Position numbers and translations under genes: made by a program | Shown here: positions 38,001-53,000 of the stretch, piece after piece | Layout: every line of letters begins with the position of its first letter | Numbering within the stretch: position 1 is the first letter of the stretch | From: Mobula hypostoma | Lineage: Eukaryota | NCBI RefSeq assembly: GCF_963921235.1 | Contig: NC_086097.1 | Coordinates: forward strand, 47,928,001 to 47,992,000 | DNA length: 64,000 nt | Reading direction: 5' to 3' | Notes under the pieces: model-generated | Told to the model about the DNA's origin: nothing | What the model saw: only the letters and a program-made list of their open reading frames with translations | Databases searched by the model: none

Positions 38001-41000
38001 TCACATCCTTGGAAAGAACTGGCATAGGACTGGAAGATGTAGAGTTAAGAAGCTACAAGGGTTAAAAACTCCTTGATGGGGAGTTGTATACAGGCTTCTG
38101 AACAGTAGCCAGGATGTGGGATATAAATTTAAACAGGAAATAGAAAAGGCATGTAATACGGGCAATGTTACGATAGTCATGGAGGATTTCAATATGCTAG
38201 CATATAGGAAAGCCAGATTGGTGCTGGATTCTAAGAGGGAATTTGTAGAATTGTCGAGTTGGCTTTTTAGAGCAGCTTGTGGTTGAGCCCACTAGGGGAA
38301 AGGCAATTCTAGACTGGCTGTCATGTAATGGACCAGATTAAATTAGGGAGTTTAAAGAAAAGGAGCCCTTGGGAGGTAGTGATCATAATGATAAAATTTA
38401 CCCAGCAGTTTGAAAGGGAGAAAATAGATGTATCAGTATTGCAGTGGAGTAAAAGGAATTAGTGGCTTGAGTGAGGAGCTGGCTAAAGTTGATTGGCAGG
38501 GGACACTAGCAGGGATGGTAGTAGATTAGCAATGGCTGGAGTTTCTGGGAGCAATTCGGAAGGTGCAAATTGATGCATCCTAAAGAAGAAGAATTATTCT
38601 AAAGGGAGGATGAGGCAACTAGGTAACAAGGAATGTCAAAAGACAGTACGAAGGCAAAAATTAGCTTATAATATTGTCGAACTTGGAAGTTAGAGGATTG
38701 GGAAGCTTTTTAAAAGCCAACAGAAGGCAACTTTCGTAAAAGAAAAAAAAACAACACACGAACCACATTTTTTTCCAGATATAAAAGAATAAGGGGTGAG
38801 AGTGGATTCTAGACCACTGGAGAGGTAGTAATGAGGGACAAAGAAATAGTGGATGAACCTGATAGACTGATGTCTGTGGAAGACACTAAAAGAATGCCAG
38901 AAATTTGAGAGTTGGGGGCAGAAGTGAGTGTCATTACTATTACTAAGGAGAAGGTGTTTTGGGAAATGAAGATAAATAAGGCACCTGGATAGACCCCCCC
39001 CCCCCAGATTTCTGAAAGAGGTAGCTGAAGATATTGTTAGTAATCATCTTTTAAGAATTACTGGATTCTGGAATGGTATAGGAGATCTAGAGAATTGCAT
39101 ATGTGTCTCTCCACTCTGAGTAGGGAGGAAAGCAAAAGAAAGGAAATTATAGACCAGTTAGCCTGACTTCAGTGGGAAGATGTTGGAGCCCATTACTAAG
39201 GATGAGGTTCTAGTTACTTGGAGTCGCATAATAAAGTAAGCCAAAGTCAACATGGTTTCCTTCGGGGGGAAATCTTGCCTGACGTATCTGTTGGAATTCT
39301 TTGAGGAAGTAACAGGCAGGACAGTCAGTGGATGTTGTGTGCTTAGATTATCAGAAGGCCTTTGACAAGGTGCCACACATGGGGCTGCTTAACAAAATAA
39401 GAGCCCATGGTATTACAGGAAAAAATCTAGCATGGATAAAAGACCGGCTGATTGGAGGATACAAAGTGTCAGAATAAAGAGGGCCTACTCTGGTTGGGTA
39501 CTGAGGACTTGTGGTGTTCTGTAGAGCCCTGTACTGGGACTGCTTTTCTTCCATATTATATGTCAGTGATTTAGATGATGGAATTGATGGCTTTGTGGCT
39601 AAGTTTGCAGACAAAGGCAGGTAGTGTTGAGGAAGCAGGGAGTCTGCAGAAGGACTTGGACAGATTGGGAGAATGGGCAAAGAAGTGGCAGATGAAATGT
39701 AGTGTCTGAAAATGTATGGTCATTCACTTGGGTAGAAGAAATAAAGGTATAGACTATTTTCTAAGTGGGGAGAAAATTCAAAAACCAGAGGTACAAAAGG
39801 ATTTGGGAGTCCTTGTGCAGGATTACATAAAGGTTAACTTGCACGTTGAGCCAGTGGTAAGGAAGGCAAATGCAATTTTAGCATTCATTTCAATAGGACT
39901 AGAATATGAAAGTAAGGATGTAATGATGAGGCTTTATAAAACATTGGTCAGACTGCACAAGGAGAATTGTGAGCAGTTTTTGGCCCCTTAGCTGAGAAAG
40001 GATACGCTGGCATTGGAGGGAGTCCAGGGGAGGTTCGTGAGAATGATTCCAGGATTGAAAGGCTTAACCTACGAGGAGTGTTTGACAGCACTTGGCCAGT
40101 ACTCGCTGGAGTTCAGAAGAATTTTGGGGGGGGGGCGGTGTTGGAGGAGGGTGGGAATCTTATTGAAACCTGCCGAATATTGAAAGGCTGAGATAGTGGA
40201 TGTGGAGAGTGTAGGGCCAGTGGTGCGGCCACTGAATAGAGGGACATTCATTTGGAACATAGGTGGGGAGCCTGAGGGTGATGCATGTGTGTAATTCATT
40301 GTCATAGATGGTTGTGGAGGCCATGTCATTGAGTATATTTAAAACAGGGGCTGGCAGGTTCTTGGTTAGTCAGCATGTCAAAGGTTACAGGGATAAGGCA
40401 GGAGAATGGAGTTGATAAGGATAATAAATCAGCCATGATGGAATGGCTCAGCAGACTCGATGGGCTGAGTAGACTAATTCTTCTCTCATATCTTATTGTC
40501 TTATAATATGAAAACTTATTAATTTACCAAATTAGTAATTGAAATGCCAAACTTTTATTATATTAAGTTCAAATACTATCACGTAAGTGGATAATTAGAC
40601 ACTTCTATATATATAAAAAAAAAGAATTCTGGTATCAATAAAAGAAATAGACATTTTCCCATGACCTATGAAATTGCAATAAGCGTTCAGGAAACCAGTA
40701 ATTCTAATTAATGGGCTTTCAGTGCTGTTAATCTGGATAAGGTATAGGAGGGGAACCTTGTTAGTTACTTTAATTGGGTTGAACTTTCAGCATGATGCAA
40801 ATCCATCTGTCATTATGTTGATAAATCAAAATGCATTGAATTTTTCGGGGATTAAAATATCACATGCAAAATTCAAATTGCATGCTCTGCTTTTCTGTGA
40901 TGTACTCCAAAGTGCAGGAGCCCTTCTTAGCATTGGATTTCATCTGCCACACTGGCACCATTCACTTAGCTCGTCGGTGTGTGCTTGAAACCTCTCCACC

Positions 41001-44000
41001 TCCTTCATACTTGTAATCCCCCCTAATCTTTTCAGGGCACAGATTTGCAGGAGCAGAATGGGTCAAAGTTTAACCATATTCCAAATGTTTTAAAATTTGT
41101 TATTTTGGAAACTAACTCAATTGAATCATGTAGAATTGTCTTGCCTCTTCCTACCTCTTTCTCCCCCCTCCCCAGCAGCATCTGCAGCCTTGTGGGGCCC
41201 ATAAAACTCGGGTCTTCATTACAGTAGGCATCAGGCAGCACGGAGAAGGATGCAGTCAGTGACGACCCTTGGGCAGTGGATCCTAAATCCTACACCGACC
41301 CCAAAGCCCTTTTGACTGCTTGCTGCCATTGAAGGTCATTTGACTGCTTCTAAATGATGGTCAGAGACATTTTGAAATGATTGAAATATTCAGAAATTGT
41401 TTTAAAAAGTAAAATACAAATTAATGCAAAACATGAGTGATATCAGTTCATTGATAAAGTGGAGGAGGGAAAAAATTGTATGTACGTACATTTCAATCCG
41501 TGTCAGTGATCCCATTCAGGTAACAGGTAGAATCTGAAGGGTTTGGTGCAAAGTGCTTCTGGGGTCTCATCTTCGACCTGACTCCAAAATTGGTGTGAGA
41601 GGCAAATTATGCAGTCATTCGACTACAAAAGCACCATGCCAGCAGTCTGTTGGCAAAATGTTAGTATATTTAGATCAATTTTTACAACTCTTATTTGTCT
41701 GTTTAAAGACTTTAATTCTGTAACTTTGAATCTTGCATTCTTAAATGTGCCTGATGTTTGGCAATACTATAGCAGAAGTTGAAGTACCTGGATTTGGATA
41801 CATTCTGGAGCAAGCTGGAATGAGGGCTTTAATAAATACTAATTACTGAATTTTATCATCCATCCCTAATGCACACAATGGAACACTCGCAGAGTTTTCT
41901 GATTTTGTAACAAGTGCAAGTATATTCATTTATGAAAGCTGAAAAAGATATTGACAGAGGTAGAACTTTTACAGAGAAAGAACAGGTAATGAGAAGCAGA
42001 AATTGATCCTTGGATTCTGTGGATGTCATGTGAATGCAGTTGTGAAGTTAAAATTCAAGCTGAATAGAGTTAAGTTGTTCTGTGTCCACCCCATTTAAAT
42101 TTCACCTTGTCAGATTAACTTAAGTCCTTGACAATTTTCTCAGAAGGGAAGAGTATGTCCCTGTGCTTGCTGGCTGTCAGGATGTGCCCCCCGCCCCCAC
42201 ACTATATTGCCTGAAGCCCCAATGCTTGAGACTGCACTGCCTGACTCCAGGGTATGAGAGCCCAATGAGGTTAGCTCTGTGCACCAGGCCTGAAAGCAGG
42301 CCGAGTCCAGAACACTTCAGTCCGTAAGTATATTGGGAAGCTTTTTGGTCATTGAGGTTCTTTGTCACGAAGTGCATAACATACTGCCTGTTCCTTCTTG
42401 TCCATATCCTAGGGAATATGCAGGATTTTCCACAGTACCACATACACCTGCTCTACCCTATCAAAATAGACAGTTTAAGTGTTTACTTGATGGATACAAG
42501 CATGCAAAAGGAAATCTTAGACACAGATCCTAAAAATACACACCTTTATACATGTATGAGGTGGACAATATTTAACAATTGAAATATAACAAAGTACCAA
42601 AACATTAGTATTGGTTCTTGTATTCCTGGCCTTCTGAAATTCATATTTTGGTCAAATATTCCTTGAAGCTTGTCTGTTGCATCTATATCCCTGGACTTAG
42701 TCACTTATGAAGGATTTTATCAAGTGCCTTTTGTATGACCAGTGTCTTTTCTAACAGAGCAAAACAAATTCCAGCAGTCATTAGGTTGGCCAGTGCAATG
42801 CGGCAGGAGGAAGATAAAATGCAATGAAAGGAAATGGACTGCAAAGTTTTTTCAAAAAGAAATTAATTCACTCAAATTCAAGTCATCGAACCAGACTTTC
42901 TTTATCAATTTCCTTTAATCATTTCTGTTTTTAACATTGCATTGTTTTAGGTTCCCATCTATGAGATGAGAAATGATGGCCACGATAATTTACTTGGGGC
43001 GTTGCTGATTGCTGGCCAGTTTGTGATCCCAGAGGTAAGCATGCAGCTTCTGATGAAATGAAGGGTCCAGTCTGGTTGACTTGGTAATTTGAAAACTGAT
43101 ATTTTTACTAATATGCATTACTGATTTTTGTGTTAAATTATTTAGGTTGGTCTCTACTTTCAACACAAGTTGTACAGAGGAAATCAAGTGACAAAAATAG
43201 ATTCTGCAAGTTTTTCTGCATTTACCTCACCAAATATGCGGCCACTTGTCAATGCTGAAGTAGAAATTAAAGGTAAATGCATTTGTTGTAGCCCAATTGT
43301 TTATCAAGTTTATGTACTCTGTACATAATTTTTAAATGTCAATTCCATATTGGGTGTGATTTAGTAATGGCATTATTTTTGCAAATGTGGAACACATAGA
43401 AAATCTTTGAATCGCTTGTATTATGGATTTGCTGAATGCAAGTAGCTAATGTTAATAAACATTAAAGTAACTAACTTAAATACCTGCCATTTTTTTTAGT
43501 AACTGGCAGAGTAAACTAGACAGATAGTCCAAGTGCATGCTGCATTTATTATTAGACAAAATGGACAAATTAAGCATATATTCATCATGCAGGTATATAT
43601 TTTTGAGTGTGTCCCATGATACTTTAATTATGACCTAATTCGTATGAAATCTCAACTAGCCATCCATGACTAGTGCTTAATATAAAGAAATATCTAGTTA
43701 TGTTTTATCAAGTGGTTTCATGATACAAAACTCAACATTCATTTGAGAGTGTAGTTCTCTAGGACTGAACCTCTCCAAGAGAATCTGCTGCTTACAGACT
43801 TTTCCTGATCCTCTTTCATTTCTCCTCTCAAGTTTTGTTTTTAAGAAGAGGAACTTTAGTTTATAACTTTTTGTGTTAATTTATAAATATGCAAACAGTT
43901 ATTTAGCTGAGGAATTCACCTGGTATTAAGGTAGAAGTAAAGATGTAGTACATTAGAGTACACAGATATTATCTGGTGTTAGTAGGGTTTCCTTTTTGGA

Positions 44001-47000
44001 ACAGGGTAACTGGAGAATGTACACTGTGGCTATTTTGTTAGATACATAAGGTACCCAATAAAGTGTCCAGAGTGTAGATAGCATACTGCAAAAACAACTG
44101 CATGACCACAGCAAGATCAACTATAGATTTTGTCCTTGACAGTGGGTTCAAATAACCTCTCCAAGCAGGTATTAACCTCCATCAAATATGAGTACTTAGC
44201 AGTCTATGGAAATCAAAATGTATATTTTAACTTGATCTAATAGTTTTTTAAAAAAAAGTCCATCAGTAAAAGGAAATGTAAAACAAATCTTCAAGAAAGG
44301 GAAGATAAATAAGAAATTGTTATCACTAACACATGCAGGGGAGTTATCTGAATTTAAAATAAATGCAGATATTAACAGAACTAAATGCTAAAACGGAAAA
44401 GTAACACCGATGATGGAAATCTGAATTTGAGCATGCGCTGTCTAAACAGCTGTACATGTGGAGCGAAGCAAATAATATTTCGGGGCAGTGATTTGATGAC
44501 AGGTCATTAACTTGAAATATCAATTGGTTCCCTTTGTTCAGAGGCTGCTTGTTGTGCTAAGTGTCCTGAATTTTTCGGTAAATGCTGTGAACTATGAGCA
44601 GAAGGGTGGAGTACAGAAGATTTGTGTTGGATTCTATGCAAAGCTACAGCAGACATTAACCTCTTGTTTTTGGATTTTTCCTATACTAGTCCCACAGTTA
44701 TGGACTGCTGCTATGATTGCAGAGTTGGCAGTTTTTAATAAACCCTTCCTTCCCTCCTCATCAATTAAGCCAGTGTAATATTTTTACTTTAATATTTATG
44801 TTTGTGGTCTTCTGCTGTTGTAGCCCATCCACTTCAAGGTTCAACATGTTGAGTGTTCAGAGATGCATTTCTGCACGACACTGTTATAATGTGAGATTAT
44901 CTGAGTTACTGTCACCTTCCTATCAGCTTGAAGCAGTCTAGCCATTTTCTGACCTCTCTCATTAACAAGGCATTTTCAGAACTTCCGCTCACTGGAGGTT
45001 TTTTGTTTCTCGCACCATTCTCTGTAAATTCTTGAGACTTGTGCATGAAAATCCCAGGAGATCAGTTTCTAAGATACTTGAACCACCCCGTCTGATACTG
45101 ACAGACATTCCACAGTCAAAGTCACTTGGATCACGTTTCCGATTCTGATGCTTGGTCTGAACAACAACTGAACTTCTTGACATGTCTGCATGCTTTTAAG
45201 CATTAGTTGCTGCAATGTGATTGGTCAATTAGATATTTGCGTTAATGAGCAGATGTACCTAATAAAGTGACCCCTGAATGTATATGGAACCAGTTAATAA
45301 ATTTGAAACTGGTTATGACACTTAGAAAAACTAAGCTGAGCTAGATAGAAAAAATATCCTCTTCATGCCCTCAGCATTTCAAAACAATTTGTTCAAAGTC
45401 AGTGGAAAGAAGCAATTCTAAATCTTATTCATTTCCCTTAAAAAATCAATGTAGTTACTTTCTCTTTTCTGTGTAATGCCTTATTATTAAGCTACTTATT
45501 TTGTCACGTTGCTGACAAATTGATTATCAAATTTGAAGGCTGAGAAGACAGCAATTAAATTATAATCCCAAACTTTGTATCATAAGATTTATTTGTTTGA
45601 ATCAGTTTTGGCAGATTTTTTAAATCTTGGCCACCGTTGGATTTGTAATTATCTCCCTTGCTACTCTCCACCCCAACATTCCAAAAAGTGTCTGTTTCCT
45701 TCTCCTTAAAATTGTGAATCGGTGAACAATGTGGAATTTTGGATTGCCACCTGTGGCAGAAAATTAAATCTCTTATTTGTTTTGTTCTCTACGAGGCTTC
45801 CTGTTTTCAAAAATGGGGAGTCAAATACTACCAATACATTCAATCTCCTTGGCAGCAAACTGCTTCTATTTTTTTTAAAGCAATTCACAAATTAAAGATA
45901 AAAGGCAGAGATCTTAAACTTGTGCACTGAAATCATTAGTGAACAGAATTACAATGACATTTATTTCAAAGCTTTATTTAGAAGGCATGGTTTAGGTAAT
46001 CTCTTGTAATTGTGATCAAATTAAGTATGTTCTGTAATTGGATAAAATCCTAGAATTCGCATTTCTTTGCTATCAGAGATGATTGTCACAAAATAGCTTA
46101 ATGGTAAGCCCAGAAATTGGGAAATTGCTTTCTGAACTCTCCACTCTGGAAATTGCACTAGCACATAATTCACCAAAAGTCATGCCATTGAAATACATGG
46201 ACCTTGTGTAACCTGTAGTATCGAAACCCACTGAGTGTGCCAAAAGATGTTTAGATTAGTAATTTCTCAATGACTAGGTGCTTTGTCTATTGGTAACTGT
46301 TCTTTTTGGCCACAGAAGTTATGTATCACTGTCACATTTTAATTATTATTGGCAACTTTGAAAAAGTGAAGTACATTTTTAATAACTCCCTTTCTATCTC
46401 TCTCCTCCTCTCCTTTTATTTCCCTTTCTATATGATTTAGCTTTAGCTTACTTATTCCAAGTTCCACCTCCTGGTTGAGTCTAATTCTTAAGGCTAATGA
46501 CTCAGCAACAAATATACAACTTAGTTTTAATTCCTCCCAGGTCTGATACAGAGTGCTGTAGCAAAATGAATTCTCAGTAAATTCTAATGCAAAAGCCAAT
46601 AGTCTGTAGCAAATTAGTGTGTAATGAATGGCTTGAGCATATTATAAAATCCAAACTTTTATTTATACTCAAACATTTCTACTTTTTTGATTTGCTATTC
46701 ATGGATTACTTTCATAGTATTATAAGCTTGGGTCTATCACAAACTTGTGCCAAGCCCTTCTCATAAACGGGATTCTGCTGATGCTGGAAACCTGGAGTAA
46801 CGCACACACAGTGCTGGAGGAAGTCAACAGTCGGGCAGCATCTATGGAGAGGAATAAAAAGCCATGGCCCAAAACATCAGCGCTTTAGGACTGGAAAGGA
46901 AGGGGGAAACACCAGGATAAAAAGGTGGGGGGAGGGGATGGGTGAAGCCAGGTGGGTTTGAAAGGTAGAGGGCTGGAGAAGGAATCTGATAGAGGAGAAT

Positions 47001-50000
47001 TGACCATGGGAGAAAGGGAAGGAGGGGCACCAGGGGAATTGATTGGCAGGTTGATGAAAGGGTTAAGAGGCTAGAGTGTGGAAAAGAAGGGGAAAGAGAA
47101 AGAGTTACCGGAAGGAGAAAGCTATGTTCGTGCCTTCAGGTTGGAGGCTTCCCAGACAGGATATATCCTTCCTGATGCAAGGAGACCAGAACTGCAAGCA
47201 GTACTCTGGATGTGGCCTCATCAGTACCATATTCAGTTGTCGCATAACCTCCCTGCTCTTAAATTCAATCCCTCCAGCAATGAAGGCCAACATTCCATTT
47301 GCCTTCTTGATAGCCTGCTGTACTTGCAAACCAACCTCTTTACGATTCATGCACACACACTCCCAAGTCGTTCTGCACAGCAGCATGCTGCAATTTATTT
47401 TTATCATTTAAATTATAATCTGATCTTCCACTTTTCCTTCCAGAGTGGATGACCTTGCATGTATCAACATTGTACTCTGTCTGCCAGACTGTTGCCCACT
47501 CACTTAACCTATCTATATATCTCTCTGCAAACTCTCTGTATCCTCTGTGCAATTTGCTTTTCCACTCAATTTAGTGTCACCAGCAAACTTAGATGCACTA
47601 CACTCAGTCCCTCTTCCAAATCGTTAATGTATACCGTGAACAGTTGTGGGCCCAGCACCAACCCCGCAGTACGCTGCTCACCACTGATTGCCAACCAGAG
47701 TAACACCCATGTATCGCAACTCTCTGGTTTCTATTAGTTAACAATCCTCAATACATCACCCCCAACTCAATGCATCCTTATCTAATGGATTAGTCTTTTA
47801 TGTGACACCTTATTGAACACCTTCTTGGAAATCCAAGTAAATAACATCCATCTGTTCCTCTCTATCCACTGTTCATTATATCCTCAAAGAACTCCAGTAA
47901 GTTTGTCAAACAGGACCTTCCTTTGCTGAATCCATGCTGTGGCTGCATGATTGATCCATTTCTTTAAAGATGCCTCTCGATTTCTTCTTTTATGATACCT
48001 AAATGATAGCATTTTCCCAACTACAGATGTTAAACTAACTGGCCTATAGTTACCTGCCTTTTGTCTACCTCTGTTTTTGAACAGTGGCATGATATTCACC
48101 TTCTTCCAATCTGACGGGACCTGCCCAGATTCAAAAGAATTTTGGCAGGTTGACTCAGTGTTTAAGAAGACATACGATGCATTGGCCTTCGTCAATCGTG
48201 GGATTGAGTTTAAGAGCCGAGAGGTAATGTTGCAGCTGTATAGGACCTTAGTGAGACTGGAGTACTGTGCTCAATTCTGGTCACCTCACTAGGAAGGACG
48301 TGGAAACCGTAGAAAGGGTGCAGAGGAGATTTACAAGGATGTTGCCTGGATTGGGGCGCATGCCTTATGAGAATAGGTTGAGTGAACTCGGCCTTTTCTC
48401 CTTGGAGCGATGGAGGATGAGAGGTGACTTGATAGAGGTGTACAGGATAATGAGAGGCATTGATCGTGTGGATAATCAGAGGCTTTTCCCCATGGCTGAA
48501 ATAGCTAGCACGAGAGGGCATAGTTTTAAGGTGCTTGGAAGTAGGTACAGAGGAGATATCAGGGGTAAGTTTTTTATGCAGAGAGTGGTGAGTGCTTGGA
48601 ATGGGCTGCTGGCGGCGGCGGTGGAAACAATAGGGTCTTTTAAGAGACTCCTGGATGGCTACATGGAGCTAAGAAAAATAAAGAGCTATGGGTAAAGCCT
48701 GGGTAGTTCTAAGGTAGGGACATGTTTGGCATAGCTTTGTGGGCCGAAGGGCCTGTATTGTGCTGTAGGTTTTCTAAGTTTCTAAATTATCACCAAGGCC
48801 TCAACTATAACCTTTGCCATTTCTTTCAGCACCCTGGGATGTATTCCATCAGGACCAGGTGATTGGTCTATCTTTAGGCCCACAAGTTTGCTCAGCACCA
48901 CCTCTTTAGTGATAGCTACTATATCGAGGTCCTCACCTGGAAGTACTGTTTGGGAATGGAGGTGAGGGAGGAGGTGAATGGGCAGGTGTAGCATTTGTTA
49001 CTTGCAAGGATGTGTACCAGCAGGGAGATTAGTGGGGATGGATAAATAGAGGAAGTGATTGTTCCCCATGGAAACCAGAGAGTTGGGGGGAGGGGGGCGC
49101 GGAAAGAGATTAAAAAAAAAAAATCACCAGAAGTGGAATTTCCTGGTGGTCAACCATTGTAATTCCAATTTGCATTCCTATTTCGACATGTTGGTCCATG
49201 ACTGCTGCTTTTGCCATGATGAGGTCATTCTCCAGTTGGAGGAGCAAAGCCTCATTCTGTCTAGGTAGCCTGTCTAGGTGACCTATCCATTGGAGTTGGT
49301 GTGGCTTAATTGTGGTGGGAATGCTGTTGATGTTGGTCCTTTCCAGTACGCTGGTGTTACTGGGTCTGTCCTTCCAGCTGATCCTCAGTCTTGAAGTTCT
49401 TTGGCATTGTTTCAGGTCTTTCAGTTGTCTACTGTCGGTGGTCCATGATTCAGTACTATTGGAAGGACAAATGCTCTATAGATCAAATAATAGATGTGCA
49501 ATTGCAATTGTTTGGATTCACTCAATGGAATCTGATGTATGAATATCTAATACAATGTACATGCAGTAATACCCATATACCTGGGTTATCCATCATGCTA
49601 AAATCAGGATGGTTTTCAATACCTCCAGAATTTCCTATCTCTTTATCTACTTGAGACTCATCTCACAGCATAGTTTCACAAAACTCAGCTTTGCCTTTTA
49701 GGAAGCTTTTGCTTGACTAAAATTTGTCTTTATCCCTTTGAGAAAGGGGACCAAACACTTCCCTGTAACATGCCTGATAATATGGTTGGCACAACAAAGG
49801 TTGCACTCTTGAAAGGAAATGATCGACGCCACCTCTTGGTCAGCTGAGCAATCAAAACAGTCCCATATTAATTTGTCTATCATGTTTAAAATGTAATATT
49901 TCAAGTACTGTAATAGTCTTTCCAAATGAGGTAATGAATAAATAATCTAATGTGTTAACAATCTTCAACTGCCTATGTTCAATGTTTCAATGCCAAGTGC

Positions 50001-53000
50001 TTGTAACTTGTGTGGAGAGGAACTTCCTCCTCTGTTCTCTAACAATGTTTAACTGTGACTCAGAACATCACCCTTGTACCTTTTCAAAGCCATTCACTTT
50101 CTTTTTGAAAATTTTGTCACGATCCCCCCCTCACCAGGAACTAGAATAAAACAATTCAAACACAGAATGTTTTTGGAACTTCCTGTAGCTATAATCCCTT
50201 TGGCTTGAGCTGAGTTGAAAGTAAAGGGCCAAAGGTGAAAAGACGGACTTACTGAAATAATCTAATTTGATTTAATTGTATTTTTTTCAAATTCCTTTCT
50301 TTAAACATGCTGTACTCTCCATGGAATAGAAATCAGTTTTATTAAACTGCAGTGAAATTGTTTGTTTCCTATAGTCAACTGGGATGATGTTTGGAGACCA
50401 CGGTCAACTAAGAAATTTAGAGTTCACACTAACATGAATCGAAATGTGGGATTGTTACGACTCTTTCCTGGAATCACTGCTGCCACGGTAACTGCCCTCT
50501 TCTTGATGAATTAGCTAAAGACTCTTTTGATGGTCAAAGTGAAACATTAATTACTGATAAGAATATTGAATGGAAAAATTGTATATGTATAGTGGTATTT
50601 CCATAGGCGTAATGGTGGTGACATTTATAAATTATCTGGTTTGTTGGTAATATCAAGGTAAGGTATGAAATTCAACACCAAATTAATTCCTGGGAATATA
50701 AGGACAGTAACAGATGCATATGCAAGTGGATGGGCTGACAGATTTGCAATATTTACTAACAAAATGGATAAACTTTCAGCTTTGGGTCAAATTGCTTTCT
50801 GAAGTTATTGTGGAACTTGCTGAAGACAAGTTGATGTGAATAGATGTTGGAAATTTGAAACGAAAAGTAGAAGATGCTGGAAACACTCAGTCAGCGGCAT
50901 CTACAAAAATAGAAAGTTAATGCTTCAGATTGATCCTTGTCTTTTCTGTTTAACTTACACTTGCATTATGATGTTGAAAAGCAGCTGATATTTTAGTTTC
51001 AAGATTTGTAAGTTGGGTGATACTCTATTGATCCCAAAGGAAATTACAGTGTCACAGTAGCATTACAAGTGCACAGGTATAAATATTAGAAGAGAAGTAG
51101 AAAGAAATTAAAAAGTTGCCACAAACAGTCTAACATGAGGTGGGGGGGGGGTGTCATCACTTTCCTGACTATAGATTGACTCTTAATAGAGCCAAATGGC
51201 TGAGGGTATAGCGCTCTTTGGAGCAGTGCAGTTGTCTTTGTTTCTTGCTAAAAGTGCTGCTCTGTTCAACCAAGGTGGCATGCAGAGGGTGAGATACATT
51301 GTCCAGAATGGCCAGGATTTTCTGTCGGGTCCTTTGTTCTTCCACAGCCTCCAGTGTGTCCAGTTTGACTCCTCTAATGCAGCCATCCTTTCTAATCAGT
51401 TTATTGAGCCTGTTGCTATTAGCTGTCTTGATGCCGTTGTCCCTGCACACTACTGCTTAGAAGATTCTACTGGCAGCAACTGACTGGTAGAACATGTGAA
51501 GGAGAGCCCTCCATACTCTAAAGGACCTCAGTCTCCTCAGGAAGTAGAAGCGGTGTTATTCAAAGACTCTGGTATTGTTTTATACAGCCAAAAACATGTT
51601 AAAAATTAATTAGACATTTTTAAATAGATTCTGTCCCGCAGCACTGTGGACAGAATTTTTGCAATAGAGCCAACTCCATTTAAGATTCTTTCTCGTTGAG
51701 ATTTTATTGAGCTATGTTCTTTCTCGCACCCAGTAGCAAGTTACATAATCTCCAGTGGCTTAGACCTGGGGAAAATCTTTCTTTCTAAATTTAATACCCT
51801 TTTGATGCTTGGAGAACTTAATGAAGTGGGGATGGATTTTTATGTTTAAAAACTCTGTTAAGAGTGGGAGGGTTAATCTTGGGCACTTCAAGTAAGGCAG
51901 GAGTTTGGATCAGTACCTGGGTCTCTGTTTCCCAGTACAAGCAGAATTTGACCCAATTTCATTTGAGGAATGGGATTGGATGAAAGGCTTATTCTTATCT
52001 GTTTCCACCCCCCCCCCCCCCATTGGATTTGTGGACTGTCAGATACCTAAGGGATGGTCTCATGGGTACTTGGAAATTCCAAGTGACTATCAGACATTGT
52101 TGGGTGAAGAGGTAGCACGAGTTGCGACATTTCAGCTACATAATGGTCGGAATTGTTTCTCTGCCCACCCCTTAACTTTTTGGATAAATTAATTTTCGCA
52201 CATTAATCTTTGACGATTCCACCTCCTAGTGGGTGTAGCGTGATTATAGTATGGTCATCAGCATTAAATGCAAGTTGACCCTCCAGTCGTTTGAATGACC
52301 TCATATTAGGGAACTAGATGCCATTCCATCACCCAAAATGACAAAGCTGGAACTTGTGATAAAGAAATGTAGGTATTTTAAATCTATGGATGCCATCCAA
52401 TTTTCATTTACAACATTTTGAAGATAGTCAGATCACTGTTTTCTTCAAATGTCCCCACCATAGTTATGGGAAAGAAAGTTTGGATGTTCAGTATGCAGTT
52501 TACTGCTTTCCATAAAAGGTACATTTCTAGGCCATCCAGACATTAATTAGCATTTATTCAATAGTTCCATTTAATATCTGAGAACGTATACAATATACAA
52601 CCTGAAATTCTTGCTCTTCGCAGACTTCCATGAAACAGAAGAGTGCCCCAAAGAATGAATGACAGTAAAAATGTTAGAACCTCAAAAGCCCTCCCCACTC
52701 TCCCTCCCACGCATAAGCAGCAGCAAATCAACGACCCTCCCCCACCTCCCTAACAAAAAAAACAACTCACTGATCGCGATGTTAAAGTCTACTGCTCTTA
52801 CCCCCCCCCACCAAGTTCTCCAACGTGAGAATCAGCAGCAACTCCTTCCCCACCAACGAAAGTGAGCAATTTGCCAAGTACAGAGACCTCCGACAGCCGA
52901 TCTGCTGTTCACAATACTTGTATTGGTATAGTTGAGTGCATTCTTTCAGATCCTATTGAGAAGGATGTGTGGAATCTTCTTGGGTGCCAGTTCTGAATAA

